NCBI GenBank assembly: GCA_963735185.1
Contig: CAVTJV010000007.1
Span: 328,161 to 392,160, forward strand
Origin: an uncultured Thermoplasmata archaeon
GTDB lineage: Archaea; Thermoplasmatota; Thermoplasmata; Lutacidiplasmatales; UBA184
Direction of reading: 5' to 3'
DNA length: 64,000 nt
The notes under the pieces are model-generated. The model did not search any database, was not told the DNA's origin, and saw nothing but the letters and a program-made list of their open reading frames with translations. Position numbers and translations under genes: made by a program. Below, piece by piece: positions 37,131-46,700 of this stretch; within the stretch, counting starts at the first letter, position 1; every line of letters starts with the position of its first letter.

Positions 37131-39665
37131 CTACTGCATCCCGTGCTCGCTCTTTCCGTGGGCAGCGAGCTCCTCGGGGGTGCTGAACGACTTGTTGCAG
37201 ACGCTGCACGTGTTCGGTGCCGCCGCGCCGGCCCCGCCGGGCTTGCTCTCCCAGGGCTGGGGGGGTGCCGTGGCGGGGCGGCCCATGACCGCGCGGGCGA
37301 GGACGAGCGCCACGATCATGCCGATGATCAACCCGACGATCAGGAGGATCGTACCTGCGGCCGCTCCCGAGAGCCCGGAGATCGCCGACTGGTTCGAGTA
37401 GCTCGTGGAGTTCTGGTAGACCGTTCCGCCCTTGGAGATCACCGAGATCGTCCCGTTGAAGTAGTGGGTCACCGAGTTGTGAACTAGGTACGTGGTGGTC
37501 ATGACGATCGAGTACGAGTAGACTCCGCCCTGTCCGACGAACCACGTCCCGTTCACCGGGACCCCCGGGATCAGCTCGATCATGCTCTTCGAGAAGACGA
37601 GCGACCCCGTCGACGTGTAGATGTTGAGGACAGCGCCGGCGACGTACGAACCGAGGTAGGCCACGGAGACCGTTACGTTCCCGACCGGCACGCTGGCCCC
37701 TGACGCCGGCGAGACGAGCGACGCCGACAGGGGGGTCGTGATCAGGAAGAACGAGGCCGAGATCCTGTCGGTCGCAACGGAGCCGTTCACGGGAAGACCG
37801 CTGCCATCTACCGTGAGATAGATGTAGACGCCGTAGGAATCCGCCGGAAGGGTCGAGCAGCTCGCGTCGTTGCACGCCAAGGTGGACGCGTCAACCGTGA
37901 ACGTGTACGCGGTCTGGTTGTCGGCCGGTGTGATGATGGTCTCCGTGATCAGTGCCCCTGTTGGCTGGTGCGAGTTCGCCAGCGAGAGGTCGGTGACGTC
38001 CACTACGATCGAGGTCGTGTCCGCGTTGATCGGCGCGTTGCCCACCGCGATCGTGAAGTTCACGACGATCGGGAGCGACATGTAGGCAGAGAAGGTCGAC
38101 GTGAACGCGGCCGAGGCCGTCGTTGGGTACTGCACGAAGGTGGTGCCCGTGATGACGTCCGTCGGACCCGTGAACTGGCCCGTTCCTCCGTACCCTTGGC
38201 CGTTGGCCGAAACGTTGACGATCAGGTCCAACGGGTCATAGGGAACGTTCGCTCCCAAGGACCCCGCCGCAGCCGAGAGGTCCCACGACCAGGTGTAATT
38301 CTGGTACGGGACCCCGGCAGCCGTGCCGTTCCACGCCAACATCAGGCTCACACCGTCAGCGAGCGTCGTGTTGACGCTGTTGTTCAAGGTGAACGAGCCG
38401 ATGTAGCTCGCCGTAGTTTCGTCCCAGATCTGAACGTAGCCCCCGACGCTCGCGTTCCCGACCCCAGCGGCTATGGTGGGGTTGACCCAGCTTACGTTGA
38501 GCCATCCTGTCGCGACGTAGGGCAGGGGCTGGTAGGGAAGCGGGCCACCGTTGATACCCGCGTTGATCAGCGTGGAACCGATGACAACGGCGTACGGCTC
38601 CGAGGGGATCATTCCCGTAGCGTTAACGAGCCCTCCCGCCGAGGCACCGGATTCGTTGACCCACACGTAGAAGTAGGTTGGCAATCCCTGGTACACGTTC
38701 GTCTGGTTCGGCAACGTCGTGTTGCACGAGACGTTCGGGCAACCAAGGGTCGTGTTATTGAGCGTCATCGACCAGGTCGTATAGGAGTACTGAACTCCGG
38801 CCACGGTCCCATTGAACCCGGGGACTCCGGTGAAGCCCTGCGCGTTCGTCGCGTTGTAGCTTCCGTTGAAGTAGAAGTAGAGGTCCGTGAACGGAGTAGC
38901 GGTGAAGAAGTTGTAGATATCCAGGGTGACGTTCGTGGTGGCGTTCGACGTGTAACCCCAGCTGATGTTGGTGTAGAACTCGACCGCGGTTGGGACGGCG
39001 GTCAGGTACGGGTACTCCATCGGGGTGATGAACCCGACCGAGGCGTAGGTCGAGACCAACATCGTGTCGGCCGACGTGCTGGCCGAGGCGGCACCTCCGC
39101 CCATGGACGCGCCGTTCTCGGTGACGTAGACCGTGATGGAGAAGTAGTCGTCGGTCGCCGGAATCATGTCCGCGCACGACACCATCGCACAACCGAGGGT
39201 GGTCTTGTCGAGTGAGGTGAACCACGTGTAGTTCTCGTACGAAACCCCGTTGTTGATGAATGGGACGACGTTGGCCGCGGTGATCGTGCCGTTCAGGCTG
39301 TAATTCACAAACTCCGAACTCGTGCTAAGGTCGTAGACCACCACCCATGCGTGGGTGTTGGTGTTGTCGATCGAACCCCAGGTCACGTTCGCGTAGAACG
39401 AGAAGTTGTAGGGGACCGGAGTGTCGCCCGTGAATGCGGGAGCCCCGCCAGTGGTGTTGAACTCGAGGTCGATCGTAGTCGTGTACGTCCGCGCCGCAGG
39501 GGCCAACGGAACCGTCCCGGCCGGGCTGACCGGGGATGCTTTGGCGGATTGTCCCGACGCGTGGTACGCCCCCAAAAGGCCCCCTCCAACCATCCCCGCC
39601 ACGAGGAAGACTGCCACAAGCCCAATCGCTACGGTCCCCAACGTGGCCCTGGTCACACGATGCAT
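37131..39665 (-). CDS. repeat-containing surface (S-layer-like) glycoprotein candidate with C-terminal TM helix and cytoplasmic C2H2 zinc finger
   Basis: Signal anchor, ~760 aa rich in NxS/T, Thr, Tyr and Gly with recurring modules. TM GTILLIVGLIIGMIVALVLA, then tail ...CSVCNKSFSTPEELAAHGKSEHGMQ. Confidence 0.7.
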   Translation of the reverse strand: MHRVTRATLGTVAIGLVAVFLVAGMVGGGLLGAYHASGQSAKASPVSPAGTVPLAPAARTYTTTIDLEFNTTGGAPAFTGDTPVPYNFSFYANVTWGSIDNTNTHAWVVVYDLSTSSEFVNYSLNGTITAANVVPFINNGVSYENYTWFTSLDKTTLGCAMVSCADMIPATDDYFSITVYVTENGASMGGGAASASTSADTMLVSTYASVGFITPMEYPYLTAVPTAVEFYTNISWGYTSNATTNVTLDIYNFFTATPFTDLYFYFNGSYNATNAQGFTGVPGFNGTVAGVQYSYTTWSMTLNNTTLGCPNVSCNTTLPNQTNVYQGLPTYFYVWVNESGASAGGLVNATGMIPSEPYAVVIGSTLINAGINGGPLPYQPLPYVATGWLNVSWVNPTIAAGVGNASVGGYVQIWDETTASYIGSFTLNNSVNTTLADGVSLMLAWNGTAAGVPYQNYTWSWDLSAAAGSLGANVPYDPLDLIVNVSANGQGYGGTGQFTGPTDVITGTTFVQYPTTASAAFTSTFSAYMSLPIVVNFTIAVGNAPINADTTSIVVDVTDLSLANSHQPTGALITETIITPADNQTAYTFTVDASTLACNDASCSTLPADSYGVYIYLTVDGSGLPVNGSVATDRISASFFLITTPLSASLVSPASGASVPVGNVTVSVAYLGSYVAGAVLNIYTSTGSLVFSKSMIELIPGVPVNGTWFVGQGGVYSYSIVMTTTYLVHNSVTHYFNGTISVISKGGTVYQNSTSYSNQSAISGLSGAAAGTILLIVGLIIGMIVALVLARAVMGRPATAPPQPWESKPGGAGAAAPNTCSVCNKSFSTPEELAAHGKSEHGMQ

Positions 39666-39687
39666 GGGCTTCGCGAGTGACTTCCCG

Positions 39688-39695
39688 TACTTAAA
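39688..39695 (-). promoter_or_regulatory. TATA box of the surface-protein gene
   Basis: Minus strand reads TTTAAGTA. Its centre is 27 nt upstream of ATG 39665, implying a leaderless mRNA. Confidence 0.55.
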
Positions 39696-40017
39696 CTCAA
39701 CGTAGAATTCCTGCCCTCACGTCGGGGGTCGTTCCTCGGCGTCCGGAGCGCTGTGAAAGGGGGGGACGGCTCTGGTCCCGAGAGCCGACGGCGGGCGCCA
39801 AGGCCGTCGCTCTCGAAGTATCTTACGCCGCGTCGGGGTTGATCGGCGCGCCAACAGCGCCCAATCTTCGAGGCGCTGATGCCGACTTCCCGCAGGGACC
39901 GACCCCGTCCGGGGAACCCCCGAGTCCTCACGACCCTCCATCCGACGGCCTGGACCCTGCGGGAACGACCTCTCCCGTCGGTGGGCTCATGTACTCCCTC
40001 CCCTCGCCCGGTTCCGT

Positions 40018-40557
40018 ATGGCCTCGGTGGCGCTGACGGGTACGCCCGGCACAGGAAAGAGCATGGTGGCCCGTCGTATCGGCGGTTCCTGGCGGGTCCT
40101 GGAAGTCGCCGAGCTGGCCCAGCAGCTCGGGACCGGGCATCCTGAGGGAAGCGGTTGGGTCGTCGACCTTAGCGCAACCGCCCGGGCCTGGAGGGAGGGA
40201 GGCGCTCCCCCGACGGACGTGGTCGTGGGTCACCTCGCGCACCTACTTCCCATCCGTGACGTGATCGTCCTGCGCTGCCACCCCCGAGAGCTCGCCCGCC
40301 GCCTAGCCCGCTCTCGGCCCGGCTCGGAGCGCGACCGCGGGGCGAACCTCGTCGCGGAGGCCACCGACGTGATCCTCGTCGAGGCCGTCGGCCTCCGCCG
40401 CCGCATCTGGGAGGTCGACACGACCGGCCGGACCCCTGCCTCGGTCGCGCGGGAGGTGCTCCAGCGTCTGCGCTCGCGGGGGCCTCCGTCGTATGGCCGG
40501 GTCGACTGGCTCTCCGACCCGTGGGTGGGCAAGCACCTTTTGGACTGGTCCGGATAG
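40018..40557 (+). CDS. archaeal adenylate kinase 6 / Fap7-type nucleoside kinase
   Basis: P-loop at the extreme N-terminus (ALTGTPGTGKS). Size 179 aa. Confidence 0.75.
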   Translation: MASVALTGTPGTGKSMVARRIGGSWRVLEVAELAQQLGTGHPEGSGWVVDLSATARAWREGGAPPTDVVVGHLAHLLPIRDVIVLRCHPRELARRLARSRPGSERDRGANLVAEATDVILVEAVGLRRRIWEVDTTGRTPASVAREVLQRLRSRGPPSYGRVDWLSDPWVGKHLLDWSG

Positions 40558-40566
40558 GGGTGACGG

Positions 40567-41230
40567 ATGGTCCTCGAATCGTACCGCGCCAAGGTCCAGC
40601 CCTACGTCGCCCGGCTCGCTCGACCGTTCCTCGGGTGGAGCCCGGGGAACGTCAGTCTGCTCGCCCTCCTCTGCGCGGTCGCCGCGGGAGTGGCCGCGCT
40701 CCTGGTCCGCTGGACCACCCCCTACCTCTTCCTGGCGGTCGCCGCCCTCGTGTTCCTCGCGGGCCTCTTCGACGTCCTCGACGGGGAGGTCGCCCGTCGG
40801 ACCGGGCGCACTTCGATCCGAGGGGACTTCGTAGATCACGTGTACCGACCGGTACGCCGACGTCGCCATCCTCCTCGGGATTGCGGTTTCCACGTACGCG
40901 AACCCGTTCCTAGCCCTCCTCGCCCTCGTCAGCCTCCTCCTAACGAGCTACATGGGGACCCAGGCCCAGGCCGTCGGGCAGGGACGACTCTACGGCGGCC
41001 TTCTGTCCCGAGCTGACCGGCTGATCGTCCTGGCGGTCGCCGCGTTCCTTGAGTTTGCCTGGTCCCTTCCCTGGCCGTGGCTCACCACTCCATCGTGGTC
41101 CCGGTTCCATGTAGGAGGGGTCGTGTTCACCGTGCTCGACGTCGCGCTCGCCTACTTCGTCATCGCCGGCCAGTGGACCGCCGTCTCGCGGGCCATCCGG
41201 GTCTATCGGGCCCTCCCCCCGTCGGGGTAG
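40567..41230 (+). CDS. CDP-alcohol phosphatidyltransferase (archaetidyl-inositol-phosphate/serine synthase family); frame broken by one extra nt at 40842-40846
   Basis: DGEVARRTGRTSIRGDFVDHV in ORF 40567- continues as DRYADVAILLGIAVSTYANPFLALLALVSLLLTSYMGTQAQ... in the frame of ORF 40952-41230. This completes the D-G-x2-A-R-x8-G-x3-D-x3-D motif. Confidence 0.8.
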
Positions 41231-42348
41231 GAGCGACCCTGTCCGACGGATCCCGCTCCGCCACCGCGCCGCCACAGCGTCGGTAGTACCTGGAGCGGGT
41301 GGCGGAGCGACGGGTCGAAGCACCGTTCATCGCGCGCCCGGTCGCGAGGCTCGTCTGCCGTCGGGTCGCCGTCCCGCGCGCAGAGCCCGTGGCTGCGCAG
41401 GGTCTCACACTCAGGTGGCTCGTAGCCGCGACCGTCGTCGTGGAGCGTGATGTGCTCGACCTGGTAGCGGGTGACCGCCTCGTCGAAGTCGGGGGCCCCG
41501 CGGAACCCGTCCACGATCGTCTCGAAGTCGGCTCCTGCACGGTGGAGGAACGCCGCGAGACAGAACCGCCCTGAGTGCGAGAGGTTTTCGCCCTTCTGGA
41601 GGGTCCGTTGCATCTTGCGGATGCAGGGCGGGAAGACCTCGGGGCGCAGCGTTCCGCCCCGAAGTCCCGCCCGGGAGACGGGCGTCGGGGTGCGTCGTGC
41701 GAGCTCCTCGAGGAGGTCGACCTCCCGCTCCCGAACCTCTCGGACCACGTCGTCCGCGAGCGGGAGCGGTTCGGCGAGGCGGAGGCGCACGGCCTCTTGC
41801 AGGAGGCGGGCGGCGCGCGCCGGGCGGACCTCGACCGACCCCCGCCGGAGCGCCTGTCTCGGGAGACGGAACTCCGCTTCCCGGATCGGGACGGAAAGAC
41901 GCAGGTAGTCCACCAGCGGCACCTCGACCCCGTCCGAGCCCGGCACCAGGCAGAAGCCGAGGCGGCGGCCGACCTCCGCGAGCTCCTCGACCGGGACGGT
42001 CAGGAGCCGAGCGTGGTTGCGCTTGGCCTCCGCGACGGCCCAGCGCCGGAGCGCGGCCGGGGGGGCCGCGGCCGACAGCACGAGGCGCGCGAACAGGAAC
42101 GAAAGGAGGCGCACGCTCGGGTCGGCGCGTCCGAGCTCCTCGAGGTCGCGGGTGCCGCGCGGGTCGTCCGCGGCGGCGAGGATGCGGGCCCGTCCGAGCG
42201 CACGAGCGGGAGCGTACGCGCTGTCCGAGAGGAGCGTGCGGACCGACACCGCCAGCTCGCCGAGGAGCGTTTCCGCCCCCGGTAGGAACGGATACTCCGC
42301 GAAGAGCGAGCGCTCGTCTAGAGGAGATGAGGCACGATGAACGGACAT
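41160..42348 (-). CDS. priL: DNA primase large subunit PriL; frame probably broken by one extra nt at 41286-41290
   Basis: YPFLPGAE N-terminus and PPCIRKMQRTLQKGENLSHSGRFCLAAFL with Fe-S cysteines. ...RHPLQ continues as YYRRC in ORF 41160-41540. As assembled, the frame ends at 41203. Confidence 0.8.
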
Positions 42349-43656
42349 AGGAGCAGGACCAGTACCGACGAGCGAAGAAACGGTTACGGCACGGCCGGCG
42401 AACTGGTCGAGACGAGCCGCGGACCAGGCGCGATGGAAGTGGGCCGCCACGGACGCCGCGAAGTCCCGGAAGAGGAGCCCTCCGTCGAACGGGATCAGCG
42501 GTAGGGTGTTCGAGAGACCGAGGAGCAGGTTGATCCAGACGAGCCAGTAGAGCATGTTCGCCAGGATCCAGAAGGTGCTCGAGCCCAGTACGGCGAAGGG
42601 GCCCGTGAGGTGATACCACTGCGTCGCGGACCCCGAGGTCGGCTCGAGACCCTCGAACGGGAGGATGAGCCAGACGACGGTTCCCACCAACGGCCCCTGG
42701 TCGCTTCCGGGTGGCCAGACGAGCGTCTGCTTGAACTCGGCGGGGGAAGGACCGTACCCGACGCCGAGGTACCCTCGGGTCTTGAAGTTCGGGTTGGCCC
42801 CTAGGACGACCGTGGTCGAGAGCGTACGCCCGAGGCTCGGATTGTAGTAGACGAGCGCGATCGTCTCGTTGGGCGTCGTATCCTTGAGAGCCGCCGCGAA
42901 CTGCGCCTCGGTCGCCGTGGCTGAGCCGTTGACGTAGGTGATCAGGTCCCCCGGCGCGAGGCTCGCGTTCGACGCGGGAGTGTTCGACTGCACGTAGGAT
43001 ACGGAGACCCCGTTCGCGTTCGGGGTGATCGTCGACGCCACGAGGCCGGCAAGAACCACGAAGAACAGGACCGTGAGCGCAAAGTTCGCGAGGACCCCGG
43101 CGGCGGCGACACGGTCCCGGCGCCGCCGCGACGCGGCGAGCATCTCCGTGTCGTCCTGCTCGACGAACGCACCGACCGGGATCACGCACCAGAGGATGCC
43201 GATGCTCTTCACGCCGATGCCCTGGGAGCGGGCCATGACGCCGTGGCTGAGCTCGTGCAGCACGATCCCGACCACGAGCGCGAGGATCCCGTAGCCGATC
43301 GGGATCAGCGGGTTGATCCCCGGGAGGGCGAGCGCTTCGGAGGCGGCGGGGGCTTCGGACGCAGGGATGAAGAACGACTCGAAGGAGGAGAGGACGAGGA
43401 GGACGACGATCGTCCCCATCGAGATGATCGCGAGGCCGATCCCGAGGTCGCCAACCCGGGTCCAGAACCGCTTGAACCGACCCCACCGGTCGAGGGCTGC
43501 GAGCCCCCGTTGGGTCTTGATCATCAGGGCCGGTCCGAGCAGCGAGAGCGGCCGGTCGGGTCCAATGTGACCGGTCCGGTAGAGGACGTAGACCACGACC
43601 CCGTACAGCAGGACGGCGGCCAGCGCGATCTCGTACCCGAGGTAGGGGTCGTTCAC
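42318..43656 (-). CDS. M50 site-2 protease with PDZ domain; C-terminus reconstructed across a frame break at 42362-42366
   Basis: HELSH zinc site, PDZ (APGDLITYVNG) and NTLPLIPFDGG. As assembled it reads through into PriL with no stop. Removing one nt gives ...AVTVSSLVVLVLLLCPFIVPHLL and TAG at 42318-42320. Confidence 0.7.
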
Positions 43657-43758
43657 GGCCGTTCCGGGCCACCCACGCCTCGGCCGGGTTAAGAGTTCTT
43701 GCGGACCGGAGCGTCGGCAAGGAGCTTAGGGCGATGCCGTCTAGGGTCCGGTAGCGAG

Positions 43759-46700
43759 ATGGCGCACGGGGCACTACAGACGCGCGGTCATCCTGGCGGC
43801 CGCGGTAGCGGCCGTCCTCGTCGCGTGCGTCACGCCGCTCGGACACCCACTCCCGGGCGGGCCGGTACCTTCCTCGGCCGGCGGAACGGTTGCGTCGCCG
43901 ATCATGGGGTTCCACGCGCCCTCGGCACAGGCCGCGACCGACGTTGTGGTCGCTCCCGCCTTCTCACCTTCGTCGGGCGTGGTCGCGGTTGGACCCGAAC
44001 CCCCGAATAGCCCTGTCACGGTGGAGGTGGGGCTCGCGCTTTCCGACCCTGCCGCGCTCGCCGGGCTCGTCTCGGCGGTCTACGCGCCGGGCACGTCCGA
44101 GTACCATGCCTTCCTCACGCCCTCCGAGCTCGCGCAACGCTTCGGTCCTTCCGTCTCGTCCGTCTCGGCGGCCCAGACGTATTTCGAACGGTTCGGTCTC
44201 TCAGTTCGGTCCAGCCCGGACCGCCTCCTTCTGACCGTGACCGGCCCAAGCGCCCAGGTCGCGGCGACGTTCGGAACGACGTTCGAGGAGTACAGGGGCT
44301 CCGACGGCCGGTACTTCGTGAGCCACCCGACGCCGGCGGCTCTGCCGTCAATCGCTCCCTGGTCCGGAGTGTATGGGCTCGGGAACGTCACACCGCTCGT
44401 TCCCGCGCTCGGCGTCCCGACCCCCCTAGGGCCTGCAGCCGCTCCATCCGCGACCTGCGTCTCCCTGGGCACGGAGCTCACTCCGTGTCAGGTCTGGGAG
44501 GCCTACAACATGACCTCGCTCATCTCGGTCGGGACGAACGGCTCGGGGTTCCGTATGGCCGTTGTCGACGCCTACAGTTCCGGCGAGCCCCAACCGAAGC
44601 TCGAGACGGACCTCGCGCTGTTCGCCGCTTCCAGCGGGATCACGTCGGGACCCGTGAACTATCTCTATCCCGACCCGGCCCCGGGGACTCTTAACTCGAG
44701 CTCGAACCCCAACTGGAACCTCGAGGACGCCGTCGATTTGGAGTGGGCCCGCGCCGCAGCTCCGGGGGCGACCATCAACATGACGTTCTCCCCCAACGCC
44801 GGACCCGGGCTCTACGAGGCCGTCGATTGGCTGGTGGCGCACCAGGCGGCGGATGTGATCTCGATGAGCTGGGGCGAGCCCGATGTCGGGGTCTTCAACG
44901 CGTTCACCACCCCCTGCTCCGCCGCCTGCAACGCGTCCACCGACGGGTCCTACGGCATCCTTTCGCCCGTCCTCGAGTTCGCGGCCGCCGAGGGGATCAG
45001 CGTCTTTGCTGCCAGCGGCGATTGCGGAGCCGCCGACGGCACGTCCGGCGTCTCGACCAACTACCCCGCTTCGGACCCCGATGTCACCGGGGTGGGTGGC
45101 ACCACACTCACGGTGACCGGGAACGGGACCTACGTCTCGGAGGTCGGTTGGGATGGCAATGCCACCGGCGCGCAGTCGCCCGGCTGCATGAACCAAGGCG
45201 GATCGGGCGGTGGTTACTCGCCGTTCCCTCGCCCGGGGTGGCAAGCCGGTCTACCGGTCGCCACGACGGGTCGCGGTGTGCCGGACGTCGCCCTAGATGC
45301 CAATACTCCGGCGCTTCTGGTCTTCGACGGGAACCTTAGCGCCGTCCGCGGGACGAGCCTCGCGACTCCGATATGGGCCGGCATCGCGACGATCGCAGAC
45401 CAGTACGCAGGCGCCCGTCTCGGTTCTCTCGACCCGTCCCTCTACGCCCTTGCCGCCGGGACGAACCACTCCACCGATTTCCATGATGTCCTCTCGGGAA
45501 ACAACGGCTACTCGGCCGGGCCGGGATGGGACCCAGTAACGGGTCTAGGCTCCCCCCGCGTCGCGACGCTGGTTCCCGACCTGGCCCGCCCGCCCCACGT
45601 CTCCCCAACCGACCTCGGGTCGTTCGTCTACGCCTCACCGCGCTTCGGCCCGGCCCCGCTCGCGGTCTCCTTCCACGTCAACGCGACGGGAGGTACGGGG
45701 ACGTACCCCCTGGAAGGCGTCTCGTTCGGGGACGGCAACGCGTCGTTCGCTCCCGGCGGCGTCGCGACGCATACGTACGAGTCCCCGGGGGTCTACTCGG
45801 TGCAGGCCTACGTCGCCGATTCGGCCGCGAACTACTCGCTCTCACCGCCGGTCGCGGTCGTGGTAGGCGGAGGGCACGCGCTCGCGGTCACGTTGAACGC
45901 ATCGACCGCAGTTCCCGCCTCCGGACAACCGGTCCTCTTCTCGGTCGCGGTCACCGGCGGGGTCGCTCCCTACGAGTACGATTTCGAGTTCGGGGACGGG
46001 ACGTCCCTCGACAACTCTTCCCTTCCGGCCACGAGCCACGCCTTCGGCGCGAACGGAAGCTTCTGCGCCGCGGTCGTCGTCTCGGACTCGGCGTCCCCGG
46101 TGAACGGGGGGGCGAGCGCCCGGGTGGCGATCGGAGTGGGAGGCGCGCCGCTCCCCGACTGTCGTAACGATACCGTCCCCCTCTCGATGAGCACGACCCC
46201 GAATCTCAGCGTCAGGGACGCGCCGGCCGACTTCCCCGGCCTCTTCTCAGTCTCGGGTGGGTCGACCGCCGCCGGCACGCTCGCGCCGTCCCTCCAGCTC
46301 GTTTCGAACGACCCGTACGTCTCCGCCTGCGGGTGTGCTATCTTCCGTGAACCCGGTAACTACTCGGTGACTGGGTACGGGAACGATAGCGAGAACCAGC
46401 AGACGACGGCGACCACGAACGTCACGGTCGCCCCCCCTCTCGTCGGAGCCTTCACGGCGAACCGGACGGTCGGTATCGCTCCCCTCACGGTTGCCTTCCG
46501 CGCCAACGTGACGGGAGGTTACGGGGCCAACGCGACGGCGACCATCTGGACATTCGGCAACGGGGTGGAGGCGGTCGGCGCCTCCGTAACCACCACGTAC
46601 TCCGCCCCCGGCCTATACCTGGCCGTTGGCCTTCTTTCCGACCTCGGGCACGGGAACGCGAGCGAGGCGTTCCTGGTCGACGTGAGTCCCCCGGGTGGGT

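Noticed and set aside
39666-40017. SRP RNA or RNase P RNA in the long intergenic region.
   Set aside because: I could not find the conserved helix-8 GGAA/AGCA-type SRP motif or the RNase P GGAAAGUCC/ACAGAA-type motifs by eye. Only generic GC hairpins are present. It is kept as a low-interest finding, not a feature.
12433-42366. Programmed +1 ribosomal frameshifting or transcriptional slippage at GTACC.
   Set aside because: The extra base is fixed relative to the contig plus strand, not the mRNA: GGUAC in minus-strand genes and GUACC in plus-strand genes. No shared slippery or stimulatory mRNA context exists, and the affected genes are functionally unrelated.
41203-43656. A genuine bifunctional M50 protease-PriL fusion protein.
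   Set aside because: PriL has its own ATG and a typical N-terminus. A 1-nt correction at a GTACC site gives the protease a proper terminal TM helix and stop codon. Five other genes show the same kind of break.
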